Shown here piece after piece: positions 33,202-42,532 of a DNA stretch of 64,000 nt. Each line of letters starts with the position of its first letter. Positions within the stretch are counted from its first letter, which is position 1. A program made the translations under genes and the position numbers. The notes under the pieces were generated by a model that made no database searches, was not told where the DNA came from, and saw nothing but the letters and a program-made list of their open reading frames with translations. The DNA comes from an uncultured Candidatus Rokubacteria bacterium (GTDB lineage Bacteria; Methylomirabilota; Methylomirabilia; Rokubacteriales; CSP1-6), in contig CAWBMV010000003.1 in the NCBI GenBank assembly GCA_963789955.1, forward strand, positions 1 through 64,000, in the 5' to 3' direction.

Positions 33202-34016
33202 GTGCGCGCGCGTCCATCGCGGTTCCCGCGCATCCGTGCGATCCTTCGATTCCTTCACAAAGCGTTGCTGGTCCTCCTGGCGTTGCCGCTGGCGATCCGC
33301 ATCATCGTCGCGGCGGTCCTGCTCATCGCGGTGTGGTCGGCGGTGAACTGGACGTATCAGGTGATCCGCAAGCCGACCGAGCTCTTCTTCCCGGTCAGCG
33401 GCGCGTTGTCGAAGACGCCCGTCCGAGACGTGGCGGCAATACGAGCCGCTCTTTCGCGCGCACGCCACCGCGGTCATGTCGCCCGAGCTGCTGGCGGCGC
33501 TGGCTCAGGTCGAAGGCGCGGGCAACCCCGTGGCGCGCACGTACTGGCGCTGGCAGCTCAGCTGGAATCCGTTCCGGCTGTACCGGCCGGCGTCGAGCGC
33601 GGTCGGCATGTACCAGATCACCGATCCCACGTTTCTCGAGGCGCGGCGCTTCTGCATCCATAACCACGTGGTCGTCGAGACCGGGCCGTGGCACGAGTGG
33701 CGGTCGTGCTGGTTCAACAGCCTCTACACGCGCGTGGTGCCGAGCCACGCGGTCGAGATGACCTCAGCACTCCTGGATCGAAGCGTCGCCAGCACGATGG
33801 CGCGCCAGCGGGTCGGCGCCGCCACCTCGCAGCAGAAGCAGGACCTGGCGGCCATCATTCATCTGTGCGGCGCCGGACCCGGCGACGCCTACGCGCGCCA
33901 CGGGTTCAAGCTGACGCCCGGACCAGAAGTGCGGCGACCATGACGTGAAGGGCTACCTCGGCGGCGTCAATGCGATGAAGCGCCAGTTCGCTCGGATGGC
34001 AGACGCCGGGCGCTGA
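33202..34016 (+). CDS. Membrane-anchored lytic transglycosylase-like protein (frameshifted)
   Basis: N-terminal TM segment; LLAALAQVE (catalytic Glu position), SSAVGMYQI SLT motif. Confidence 0.75.
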
Positions 34017-34041
34017 GAAGGGCGCATCTGCTGCACCCTTC

Positions 34042-34893
34042 TCAGCGCCCGGACGAGCTGCGCATCACCGCGGCGAAGTTGTCGAGGCGCGGGAGGATGG
34101 CTTCGCGGCCCTCGGAGGGGAGGCCGAAGATCGCGCGTTCGACGCCGGCGGCGGCGAGGGCGTCGAGGGCCGGTTTCTTCGGCGGCGCAAAGAAGATCGA
34201 GACCGGCGCGGTCTTCGGATCGCGGCCGGCTTTCTTCAGCCGCTCGCGGAGCTCGGGGATCTTTTCGACGGGGCTCGTCTTCGGGCGCATGATCGGCATC
34301 CAGCCGTCGCCGAATTCCACGACGCGATCGAACGTGGTCGCGCCGTCGCCGCCGATGATGATCGGCGGGTGCGGCTTCTGCACCGGCTTCGGATCGGCCC
34401 AGATCTTGTCGAAGTTCACGAACTCACCGTGGAACTCGGCCTCGCGCTTGGTCCAGATCTCTTTCATCGCCAGCACGCGCTCGCGCAGGAGACGCCAGCG
34501 GCTCTTCCACTCCGTGCCGTGGTTCAGCATCTCTTCCTGGTTCCACCCGCCGCCGATGCCGAAGAGCACGCGGCCGTTCGACAGGCGATCGAGCGTCGCG
34601 ACTTCTTTCGCCATCGTGATCGGATCGCGCTCGATGACCAGGCAGATGCCGGTGCCGAGCTTGAGCCGCTTGGTCGCCGCGCTCGCCGCCATGAGCGCGA
34701 CGAACGGATCGTACGACGACCAGTACTCTCTCGGAAGCTCGCCGCCGCCCGGCCACGGGCTTCGACGGCTCGCCGGAATGTGCGTGTGCTCCGGGAACCA
34801 CACCGACTCGAAGCCGCGCTCCTCGAGCGCCCGCGCGAGCTCGTCCGGTGCCATCGCGTACTCGGTGGGGAACATGACGACGCCGTAGTGCAT
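34042..34893 (-). CDS. LLM class F420-dependent oxidoreductase
   Basis: ESVWFPEHTHIP, LGTGICLV, AKEVATLD, GIGGGW, PKPVQ. Confidence 0.9.
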   Translation of the reverse strand: MHYGVVMFPTEYAMAPDELARALEERGFESVWFPEHTHIPASRRSPWPGGGELPREYWSSYDPFVALMAASAATKRLKLGTGICLVIERDPITMAKEVATLDRLSNGRVLFGIGGGWNQEEMLNHGTEWKSRWRLLRERVLAMKEIWTKREAEFHGEFVNFDKIWADPKPVQKPHPPIIIGGDGATTFDRVVEFGDGWMPIMRPKTSPVEKIPELRERLKKAGRDPKTAPVSIFFAPPKKPALDALAAAGVERAIFGLPSEGREAILPRLDNFAAVMRSSSGR

Positions 34894-34927
34894 GAAGACC
34901 TCCTTGGGTTCGAGTAGCATACGCCGA

Positions 34928-36033
34928 GTGACACCTCCTCGGCACGTGATCGTCTGCGGCGCCGGCGTCGTCGGCGCCTCGGTCGCCTACTTCCTGACCC
35001 GGCGCGGCGTCGCCGTCACGGTCGTCGAGCGCTCGGGCGTGGCGTGCGCCGCGTCGGGCAAGTCCGGCGGATTTCTCGCGCTCGACTGGTGCGACGGCTC
35101 GCCGCTCGGACCGCTGGCGCGCGCGAGCTTCGCGCTCCACGCCGAGCTGGCCAAGGAGCTCGGTAGCGACTACGGCTATCGTCGCATGGACACGTTCATG
35201 CTGGCCGCCCGCGAGAAGAGGCGCGCTGGCCGGCGGCCATCGCGGGACCGCGCCGCGCTGGCTCGACGGCCCGGAATCGTCACCGCGACGCTCGGCTCGA
35301 TCGAGACCACGGCTCAGGTGACGCCCGCACGATTCACGACGGCACTTGTTCGACGCGGCGCAGGCTCGCGGGGCGAAGCTTCGCCGCGCCGTCGTCGACG
35401 ACATCGCGCGCCGAGATGGCGCGGCGTCCGGCGTGGTGACGGCCGACGGCGAGACGCTCGAGGGCGACGCCGTCGTCCTGGCGATGGGGCCGTGGACCGG
35501 GCGGCTGGCCGGCCGGCGTGCGGCTGCCGAGCGTCTACGGGCTCAAGGGCTACAGCGTGACGCTCGCCGCGCCGGAGGTGCCCGCCCACGCGCTCTTCGT
35601 CGACTATCGCACCGCCGACGGCCGCGCGCTGGAGCCGGAGATCTTCCCGAGGCCCGAGGGCGAGGTCTACGTGTGCGGGATGGCCGATCCGGCGCCGCTG
35701 CCGGATTCGCCGGAGCTGGTCGAGGTGAACGACGACTCGTGCGCGGTGCTGGCGCGCGCCGCCGGTCGCGTGTCGACCATGCTCGCGCGGCGCTCGCATC
35801 GTGCGTCGTCAGGCGTGCTATCGGCCCGTCACCGACGATGGGCTGCCGTTGATCGGTCCCGTGCCAGGCCTGCGCGGCGCCTACGTCGCGACCGGCCACG
35901 GCCCGTGGGGAATCCTGAACGCGCCCGCGACCGGGCTCGCGATGGCCGAGCTAGTCGCCGACGGCGCGGCGTCGTTGGTCGATCTGCGCGCGTTCGATCC
36001 CGCGCGCTTGACTCTCGCGCCAGGCCGATATAG
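34928..36033 (+). CDS. FAD-dependent oxidoreductase (DAO family, several frameshifts; end approximate)
   Basis: GAGVVG, AASGKSGG, CYRPVTDDGLPLIG, ATGHGPWGI. Confidence 0.82.
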
Positions 36034-36046
36034 TCCGGCCACGATC

Positions 36047-37276
36047 ATGAGCGACTTCCTGCTCGCCGGCATGCGCGTCATCGACGCGGCAAGCTTCATC
36101 GCCGGACCGGTGGCCACCACGATCATGGCCGACCTCGGCGCCGATGTGATCAAGATCGAGCCGCCCGACGGCGACCCGTATCGCAATCGCACCGGCGGGC
36201 CCGGCGTGGCCGAGAGCCCGTACAACTATCGCTGGATCATCGACAACCGCACCAAGCGCGGGCTCGCCCTGGATTTGCGCCAGCCGGCCGGGCAGGCGGT
36301 GGTCCATCGGCTCGTCGAGCGCGCCGACGTCTTCGTCACGAACACGCCACTCGAATCACGCGCGCGCCTCGGTATTCGGTGGAGTGACCTGGCCCCGCTC
36401 AACCCGCGGCTCGTCTACGCGTCGATGACCGCGTACGGCGAGCGCGGCGAAGAGGCCCCACGCACTGGCTTCGACGCGACGGCGCTGTGGGCGCGCACCG
36501 GGTTGATGGATCTCGTCAGGCCGTCGCCGGATTCACCGCCTGCCCGCTCGCTGCCGGGGATGGGGGATCACCCGACCGGCGTCAGCCTGTTCGCGGCGAT
36601 CATGACCGCGCTCTACCAGCGCGATCGGACCGGCCGCGGCACGATGGTGTCGACCTCGCTCCTCGCCAACGGCCTCTGGTGGAACGCGACACAGATCCAG
36701 GCCGCGCTCTGCGGCGCGCGCGTCGAGCCGCGGCCGCCGCGCGAGCAGCCGGCCACCGCGCTGGCGAATCTCTACCGCTGCGCCGACAACCGCTGGTTCC
36801 TGCTGAACGTGTTGAACGACGATCGGGACTGGCCGCATCTTCTGAAGGCGCTCGAGCGGCCCGAGCTCGCCGACGATCCACGCTTCGCCACGACGCCGGC
36901 CCGGCGGGCGAACGCTCGGGCGCTCGTGCCGATCTTCGATGCGGTCTTCGCCAAGCGACCGTGGGCGGAGTGGCGCGCGATCCTGAATCAACATCGCCTG
37001 ACCTTCGGCGAGGTGGGCACCGTGGACGACGCGCGCGACGATCCGCAGATGGTGGCCAGCGGCGCCCTGGTGCCGATCGACGATCCCCGCGCGGGCGCGT
37101 CACTCACCGTGGCGAGCCCGCTCTGGCTCGAGGACGCGCCCAAGGTCGCCCCGCGCTATCCGCCCGAGCTCGGCGAGCACTCCGGCGAGATCCTTCGCGA
37201 GCTCGGCTACGGCGAGGCGGAGATCGACGCGCTGATCGCCTCGCGCGTCATCGTGCAAGGCAAGAGCGCGTCCTGA
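36047..37276 (+). CDS. CoA transferase family III (CaiB/BaiF)
   Basis: IAGP, ADLGADVIKIEPPDGD, NRTKR, PPELGEH. Confidence 0.92.
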   Translation: MSDFLLAGMRVIDAASFIAGPVATTIMADLGADVIKIEPPDGDPYRNRTGGPGVAESPYNYRWIIDNRTKRGLALDLRQPAGQAVVHRLVERADVFVTNTPLESRARLGIRWSDLAPLNPRLVYASMTAYGERGEEAPRTGFDATALWARTGLMDLVRPSPDSPPARSLPGMGDHPTGVSLFAAIMTALYQRDRTGRGTMVSTSLLANGLWWNATQIQAALCGARVEPRPPREQPATALANLYRCADNRWFLLNVLNDDRDWPHLLKALERPELADDPRFATTPARRANARALVPIFDAVFAKRPWAEWRAILNQHRLTFGEVGTVDDARDDPQMVASGALVPIDDPRAGASLTVASPLWLEDAPKVAPRYPPELGEHSGEILRELGYGEAEIDALIASRVIVQGKSAS

Positions 37277-37306
37277 GGCTCGCTGTCAGGGTCGTGGCGG
37301 CGACGC

Positions 37307-37492
37307 GAGCACGCCCACGGCATCGTGGCCGAGCTGACCACGCTCGTGATCGCGCGCCTGGGCGAGCCGCTGCGCTTCGTCGAGCTCGAGGGCGACGCCG
37401 TCTTCGCGTACGCGCCGATCGCCGCCTTCGGGGACGCCGAGCGGCTGCTCGACATGATCGAGGGCTGCTGTGCTTTACAAGTTCTGGCTTAG
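37307..37492 (+). pseudogene. Start-less fragment of a DUF2652/class III nucleotide-cyclase-like gene
   Basis: Translates EHAHGIVAELTTLVIARLGEPLRFVELEGDAVFAY...RLLDMIE; no start codon; host-like GC ends abruptly near 37465. Confidence 0.55.
37474..37479 (+). promoter_or_regulatory. Candidate PEP-CTERM-box enhancer half-site TTTACA
   Basis: TTTACA lies 68 bp upstream of the sigma-54 motif, the arrangement reported for PEP-CTERM genes. Confidence 0.45.
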
Positions 37493-37541
37493 CGGCGGAC
37501 AGGGTTTCCCAGATGTCTTACGAATCAAGTCTTTCCGGAAA

Positions 37542-37556
37542 CGGCATTGCCCTTGC
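37542..37556 (+). promoter_or_regulatory. Sigma-54 (-24/-12) promoter
   Basis: CGGCAT-TGCCC-TTGC fits TGGCAC-N5-TTGC with exact spacing; upstream of a PEP-CTERM gene and close to a sigma-54 activator gene. Confidence 0.7.
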
Positions 37557-37590
37557 GTACTTGGGCGGTTGGGTCGCCACGAATGCTAAT

Positions 37591-37609
37591 GTGTAAACTT
37601 TTTCGACAC
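37591..37609. promoter_or_regulatory. Candidate PrsR-binding box GTGTAAACTTTTTCGACAC
   Basis: Contains TGTAAA (reverse complement of TTTACA) in a GTGT-N11-ACAC dyad. Confidence 0.45.
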
Positions 37610-37661
37610 GCCCAACCGAACATACTGTTCAGCACGAGGACCATACCCACGGAGCCTAAGG

Positions 37662-38333
37662 ATGCGTAAGGTACTGCGACTGTTCGCCATGGTGGGATTG
37701 ATCTTCCTCACCTCGATCCTTGGGGCGATCTTGCTGGCCCTGGGAACGGGCGCGGCTCGGGCAGGCATCATCAGTGGAACAACCGTGGGGGGACCAGGAG
37801 GGGCTGGCGTCGGTGTCACAACTACGGTCGTGCCCAACAACGATAACGTTGCCGCGATGAATGCCAACACGATCATCCTCGGCCAGTTGTTCACGTCGAT
37901 CGCCCCAATCGATACGGTGTTCGCGGTGACGGCCTCCACGGGAACCACGGAGTACTTGGCCAGCATCGTCACAGTGAACACCACGGGCGTCCCGTGGAGC
38001 GACTTTCACTTCCAGCTGATCCCAACAACTGCGAACGACGGCCTAGACTTTGACTTCCCCGACCATGATCCGGTGTCCGCATCGACCGCCTTCACGAGCC
38101 TCGTCCAAGGGCAAGACACCATCGATTGGTCGGGTGGTTCGGTCGGGTCTCCCGGCGTCGCGGTCCAGAGCTTGTCGATTGACGTACCAGACGTCGCGGG
38201 AGGGACTTTCACCCTCCGCGCAGTTCCCACGGTGCCTGAGCCCTCGACGGCGGTAATCGTCGGTTCAGGTCTGCTGAGCCTGTTTGGCTACGGTTGGTGG
38301 CGCCGGAACCGGGCAAACCGAGTCGACGACTGA
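37662..38333 (+). CDS. PEP-CTERM sorting domain-containing surface protein
   Basis: Signal peptide, Thr/Gly/Ser-rich body, C-terminal VPEPST + TM helix + WWRRNR. Confidence 0.92.
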   Translation: MRKVLRLFAMVGLIFLTSILGAILLALGTGAARAGIISGTTVGGPGGAGVGVTTTVVPNNDNVAAMNANTIILGQLFTSIAPIDTVFAVTASTGTTEYLASIVTVNTTGVPWSDFHFQLIPTTANDGLDFDFPDHDPVSASTAFTSLVQGQDTIDWSGGSVGSPGVAVQSLSIDVPDVAGGTFTLRAVPTVPEPSTAVIVGSGLLSLFGYGWWRRNRANRVDD

Positions 38334-38403
38334 TTCCTTGTCTCGGTACCGGGGGCTGCTCGCCCGTCGCGCCAAAGCGAAGAGGAGCCAGTAGTCCGGT
38401 TCG

Positions 38404-39765
38404 TTAGCGGAATTCCTTCGCATTCACTTGATGTTTGTGGATCATTCCGTGGAAGGTCGGGCGACTCACACCCAGGAGCTGCGCGGCCCGGCTGATGTTT
38501 CCGCGCGTCTTGACAAGAGCTTCCACTAAGGCCTCGCGCTCGGCCCGGTGCCGCGCCTGGCGCAGAGAGGCCTGGTCGGAGTCTCCCTTAGCCACTTCGA
38601 TGCCGAGGTCGCCGGCCTCGATGAGCTTCTCCTTGGTCATGATGACCGCGCGCTCCACCGTGTTCTCCAACTCCCGGATGTTGCCCGGCCAGGGGTAGTG
38701 GATGATCGCCTCCAGGGCCGAGGCGCTGAAGCGCAACTTTCGCCGATGCTGCTGGCTGCTCCGGCGGAGGAAGGCGTTGGCGAGCAGGACGACATCATCG
38801 CCCCGCTCGCGGAGTGCCGGGAGTCTCAGGTTGACGACCGAGAGGCGATAGTAGAGATCCTCGCGAAACCGTCCGGAATGAAGCTCTACCTTCAGATCCT
38901 TGTTGGTCGCGGCGATGACCCGAGCGTCCACGCGGACCACCTCGCGGCCGCCCACGCGCTCGATCTCGCGCTGCTGGAGGAAACGGAGCAGCTTCACCTG
39001 CAGGGAGCCACTCATCTCACCGATCTCATCGAGGAAGAGGGTGCCGCCGTCGGCCATCTCGAGCTTGCCCTTACGCTGGATGTGGGCGCCCGTGTAGGCG
39101 CCCTTTTCGTGGCCGAACAGCTCGGACTCCAGCAGGGTCTCCGGGATCGCCCCGCAGTTGATCGCGACGAACGCCTGGTTGCGCCGGGCACCGTTCGAGT
39201 GGATGGCCCTCGCGAGCAGCTCCTTGCCCGTGCCGCTCTCGCCCTGGATCAGCACCGTCGCGTCGGTCTTGGCGACGCGCGTCACGACGCTGAAAATTTC
39301 CCGCATGGCGGGCGCGTTCCCTAGAATGTCCTCGAAGCGCGTTGTCGTTTCGTTGGCTCGCAGGCTCTTCTCGGACTCGGCCTCGAGGGTCTTGAGATAT
39401 TCTGCCCGCTGCAAGACCACCTTCAGCTCGCTCAACTGGATCGGCTTCAGGTGATAGTCGAAGGCCCCGAGCTGGACGGCACGGATCGCGTTTTCTCGAT
39501 CGCCGTTGCCGGTAAGGACCACCACCTTCGTATGCGGCGCCGCCTTCAAGATCTCGTCGAGCGCCTTCAGGCCCTCCTCGGCGGCGTCCGGGTGAGGAGG
39601 CAGCCCGAGGTCGAGGCTGACCAGCTCGGGGTGCTCGGCCCGAAGTGTCATGAGGGCGCCGCCCCGGTCCTCGGCGAACAGCAGGGTGAAGTCGTCACGG
39701 AGCGCGTACTTCAGCTGCGTCCGGATGACCTCGTCGTCGTCGACGATCAACAGTTTGGGCTTCAT
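38404..39765 (-). CDS. prsR: PEP-CTERM-box response regulator (NtrC-family sigma-54 activator)
   Basis: Receiver domain with LDLGLPP..AEEG, GESGTGKE, GAYTGA, FREDLYYRL, WPGNIRELEN, Fis-type HTH; adjacent to the PEP-CTERM gene. Confidence 0.85.
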   Translation of the reverse strand: MKPKLLIVDDDEVIRTQLKYALRDDFTLLFAEDRGGALMTLRAEHPELVSLDLGLPPHPDAAEEGLKALDEILKAAPHTKVVVLTGNGDRENAIRAVQLGAFDYHLKPIQLSELKVVLQRAEYLKTLEAESEKSLRANETTTRFEDILGNAPAMREIFSVVTRVAKTDATVLIQGESGTGKELLARAIHSNGARRNQAFVAINCGAIPETLLESELFGHEKGAYTGAHIQRKGKLEMADGGTLFLDEIGEMSGSLQVKLLRFLQQREIERVGGREVVRVDARVIAATNKDLKVELHSGRFREDLYYRLSVVNLRLPALRERGDDVVLLANAFLRRSSQQHRRKLRFSASALEAIIHYPWPGNIRELENTVERAVIMTKEKLIEAGDLGIEVAKGDSDQASLRQARHRAEREALVEALVKTRGNISRAAQLLGVSRPTFHGMIHKHQVNAKEFR

Positions 39766-39862
39766 CAGCGTCTTCTACTGCCCAGGGAGCGCTTAGGGTC
39801 CTCACATACTACCCAAAATACCGACGATCGGCCTCGACAGGGCCTCAACACGCTAGTGAACC

Positions 39863-41245
39863 TCAGAAGGCGCCGTTCAGAGAGGCCCGCACGCGATTTT
39901 CCGTGATTTGGCCGTCTACATCGCTCTGGGTAGTCCTCGAATACGTGTATTCGAGGCTCGAGCTGAGCCACCGAAGTATCTGGAACGTCAGGACGATCGA
40001 CCCTCCCAGCACCTTTTCGGTCCGCGGGGTGCTCGTGCCGACTCCGGGAGTCCCGCCGACGCCTGTGAAATCGTTGTCGTAGTACGAGACCCCGGCCAGC
40101 CCGCGGAACGAAGGGGTAAACGAGTAGGTAAACGAACCCGTGACGCCGGTCGTTTCGACGACGCCCTGGTTCAATGTCCCGCTGAACGTTTCTGAGAGCC
40201 CACGGACCACTCCTACGGTGGCGATAGCCGGGCCGAACCAGTACGAGAGGGTGCTTGCCGTCGAAACGAAAGGCTCTTCGGTCGAAAGCATGCTGATTCC
40301 GATATTGGCCCGGATTTCAATCCGATTCGGGAGCGCGTAATTGTCGAACAGGGAAACGTTCCACAGTCGGTAATTGCTCTCGGCGTCGGGACCCCTGACG
40401 TCTTGGGTTCTCCACGAATAGCCCGCGGAGATACCGGCGGTCATCCGCTGACTCATATCGCGCGAGAACGATGCCGTGAGCTGATGGCCGTGGAGGTCCG
40501 AGTCGCCGGTACCAGTGCCTGTAAGCGTTGTGCTCACCACGTAGTCATAACCTACCGTCAAGGTGTGGATCTGAGCGATCGAGGTCGAGACGCTCGCGCC
40601 AATGAACTGACTCGTGGTCTGTTCCCCGTTTACGTCGGAGAAATTGAAGAACCGATAGTACGGTGACGCGGTCACGTCGCCGCTGACATTCCAATCAGCG
40701 CCGAGTGAGACAGTGCTCGACGTGAACTTGCTCCGTACCTGGCGGAGTCCGAGACTGTCCGCCTGAGACGGCTCATCGCTCTGGTTCACGCTTGCTCCGA
40801 GGTTGAGCTTGAGACGAGGCGTCGCTTCCCACGAAAGTCGGCCCGCGAAATTGTTGAAGTAACCAGGCTCGTCCGCGGCAGTGTCGTAAAATCCGGAGAA
40901 CGTATACGTCGCCTGTCCAGTGAGAGGGCCGGCGTCCATCAGGACGTTCATCCCGGGCGAGACCATCGACCGGAAGTTGTCCTGGTGATTCGTGACGGTC
41001 CGGTTGAAGTTGTCGGTGTATTCCTCGGAAGCCCCGATGAGCGGATGGAACTCGAAGAGCTGCACTGGCCGCCCCGCCGTAGGGACCGGCACCGGGAACT
41101 CCATCTTCGGAGCCGACGGGATCGTCTCCGGTGGTGGGGTACGCAGGTTGAACTCACTGGCGGGGGGTGGCTCCTGCCCCGTTGTCGTCTGACCCGCCGC
41201 GACGGCCGGGACCAGGAACAGCAGTACGAACAGGACCCTTGTCAT
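39863..41245 (-). CDS. Outer-membrane beta-barrel protein, exopolysaccharide/PEP-CTERM-associated type
   Basis: Signal peptide, Pro-rich linker, EEYTDN, alternating beta strands, C-terminal ENRVRASLNGAF. Confidence 0.75.
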   Translation of the reverse strand: MTRVLFVLLFLVPAVAAGQTTTGQEPPPASEFNLRTPPPETIPSAPKMEFPVPVPTAGRPVQLFEFHPLIGASEEYTDNFNRTVTNHQDNFRSMVSPGMNVLMDAGPLTGQATYTFSGFYDTAADEPGYFNNFAGRLSWEATPRLKLNLGASVNQSDEPSQADSLGLRQVRSKFTSSTVSLGADWNVSGDVTASPYYRFFNFSDVNGEQTTSQFIGASVSTSIAQIHTLTVGYDYVVSTTLTGTGTGDSDLHGHQLTASFSRDMSQRMTAGISAGYSWRTQDVRGPDAESNYRLWNVSLFDNYALPNRIEIRANIGISMLSTEEPFVSTASTLSYWFGPAIATVGVVRGLSETFSGTLNQGVVETTGVTGSFTYSFTPSFRGLAGVSYYDNDFTGVGGTPGVGTSTPRTEKVLGGSIVLTFQILRWLSSSLEYTYSRTTQSDVDGQITENRVRASLNGAF

Positions 41246-41315
41246 GGTCGGCTAATCTAACATCCTAGGGGGGTTCGAGAGCGCTCCGTTCAAGGGGGCC
41301 TCTCGCGTCGCGCGC

Positions 41316-42473
41316 TCAGCCGAGCCTGACCCCGTATTTCTCGAGCGTGTCCTGACGCAGCTCGAGGCCGAGCCCCGGCGTATCGGGGACGGCCATGAAG
41401 CCGTCGACGATCTTCGGCTGCTCGCGGAACAGCTCGAACCAGAGCGGGTCGCGCGTCGGATCGGCGAACGATTCGAGGATGAAGCCGGTCGGGCTCGCCG
41501 CGACGGCGTGGACGTGGATCTGGGGATCGTGGTGGGCGGCGAGCGGCACCTGGTAGAGCTCGGCCATCACCGCCGCCTTGCGCCACACCGTGAGCCCGCC
41601 GGCCCAGGTCGAGTCGATGATCAGATAGTCGACCAGACCTTCGGCCACCATCGTGCGCAGGCCGAAGGGCGTGAACTCCGTCTCGCCCGCCGAGATCGGC
41701 ACGTTCACCTCGGCCTTGAGCCGTCGCAGCGCGTGGCGCTCGTCGTACCAGGGCATCGGATCCTCGAGCCAGAAGATGTTGTAGGGCTCGCAGAGGCGGG
41801 TCGCGCGCACGGCGCTCGGCAGATCCCAGCCCTGGTTCGCGTCGAGCATGATCGCCACGTCGTCACCGACCGCCTTGCGGATCACGCCGACGCGCTCCGC
41901 GTCGGCCTCGGGCGGCAGGCCCGCGACCTTTACCTTGACGGTGCGGTAGCCGTGCTCGAGATAGAGCGCCGCCTCGCGCCGCAGATCGTCGGGCCGCTCG
42001 CCGTCGCGATAATAGAACCCGGTCACGTACGCCGGCACTTTCGAGCGGAGCGCGCCGCCGAGGAGGGCGTGCACCGGACGGCCCGTGGCCTTGCCCATCA
42101 GGTCCCACATCGCGATGTCGATGGCGCTGATGGCCGTGACGAGCTGCCGGCGCTGGTGCGCCAGGGTCGGAATGCCGCGCACGCTCGTATAGGTGAGCGC
42201 GAACAGATCCTGCCAGACGCGCTCGACCTTGAACGGATCCTGCCCGACGACCAGCGGCGTGACGCGCTCGAGGATCTGGCCGACCGCCTTCATGGCCTCC
42301 GGACCGCCCTGGGACAGGAAGGGGCCGTGCGCCTCGCCGATGCCGACCAGGCCGGAATCCGTCGTGAGCCGGACGATGAGCTCGCTGACCCGGCTGATCG
42401 TCGACGTGGAGGTGCGGACCGGCTGCGGCAGAGGCGCGGACAGAAAGTACGTGTCGAGCGCTTTGATCTTCAT
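41316..42473 (-). CDS. Mandelate racemase/muconate lactonizing enzyme family protein
   Basis: IDIAMWDLMGK, KVK, LDANQ, WLEDP, AGE. Confidence 0.92.
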   Translation of the reverse strand: MKIKALDTYFLSAPLPQPVRTSTSTISRVSELIVRLTTDSGLVGIGEAHGPFLSQGGPEAMKAVGQILERVTPLVVGQDPFKVERVWQDLFALTYTSVRGIPTLAHQRRQLVTAISAIDIAMWDLMGKATGRPVHALLGGALRSKVPAYVTGFYYRDGERPDDLRREAALYLEHGYRTVKVKVAGLPPEADAERVGVIRKAVGDDVAIMLDANQGWDLPSAVRATRLCEPYNIFWLEDPMPWYDERHALRRLKAEVNVPISAGETEFTPFGLRTMVAEGLVDYLIIDSTWAGGLTVWRKAAVMAELYQVPLAAHHDPQIHVHAVAASPTGFILESFADPTRDPLWFELFREQPKIVDGFMAVPDTPGLGLELRQDTLEKYGVRLG

Positions 42474-42532
42474 GATAGCCTCCGCGCCGATGATACCTTA
42501 GCTGGACTCGTCGATCTTTCACGGGAGGCGCG

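Noticed and set aside
35801..37276. Apparent DAO-oxidoreductase/CoA-transferase fusion ORF (491 aa)
   Set aside because: The upstream gene is already multiply frameshifted and a TAG sits at 36031-36033 just before the ATG at 36047; probably an indel artefact.
37274..37276. TGA of the CoA-transferase is in frame with the downstream DUF2652-like fragment (possible read-through)
   Set aside because: The CoA-transferase is complete at this point, there is no redox motif or clear SECIS, and in-frame coincidence has a one-in-three chance.
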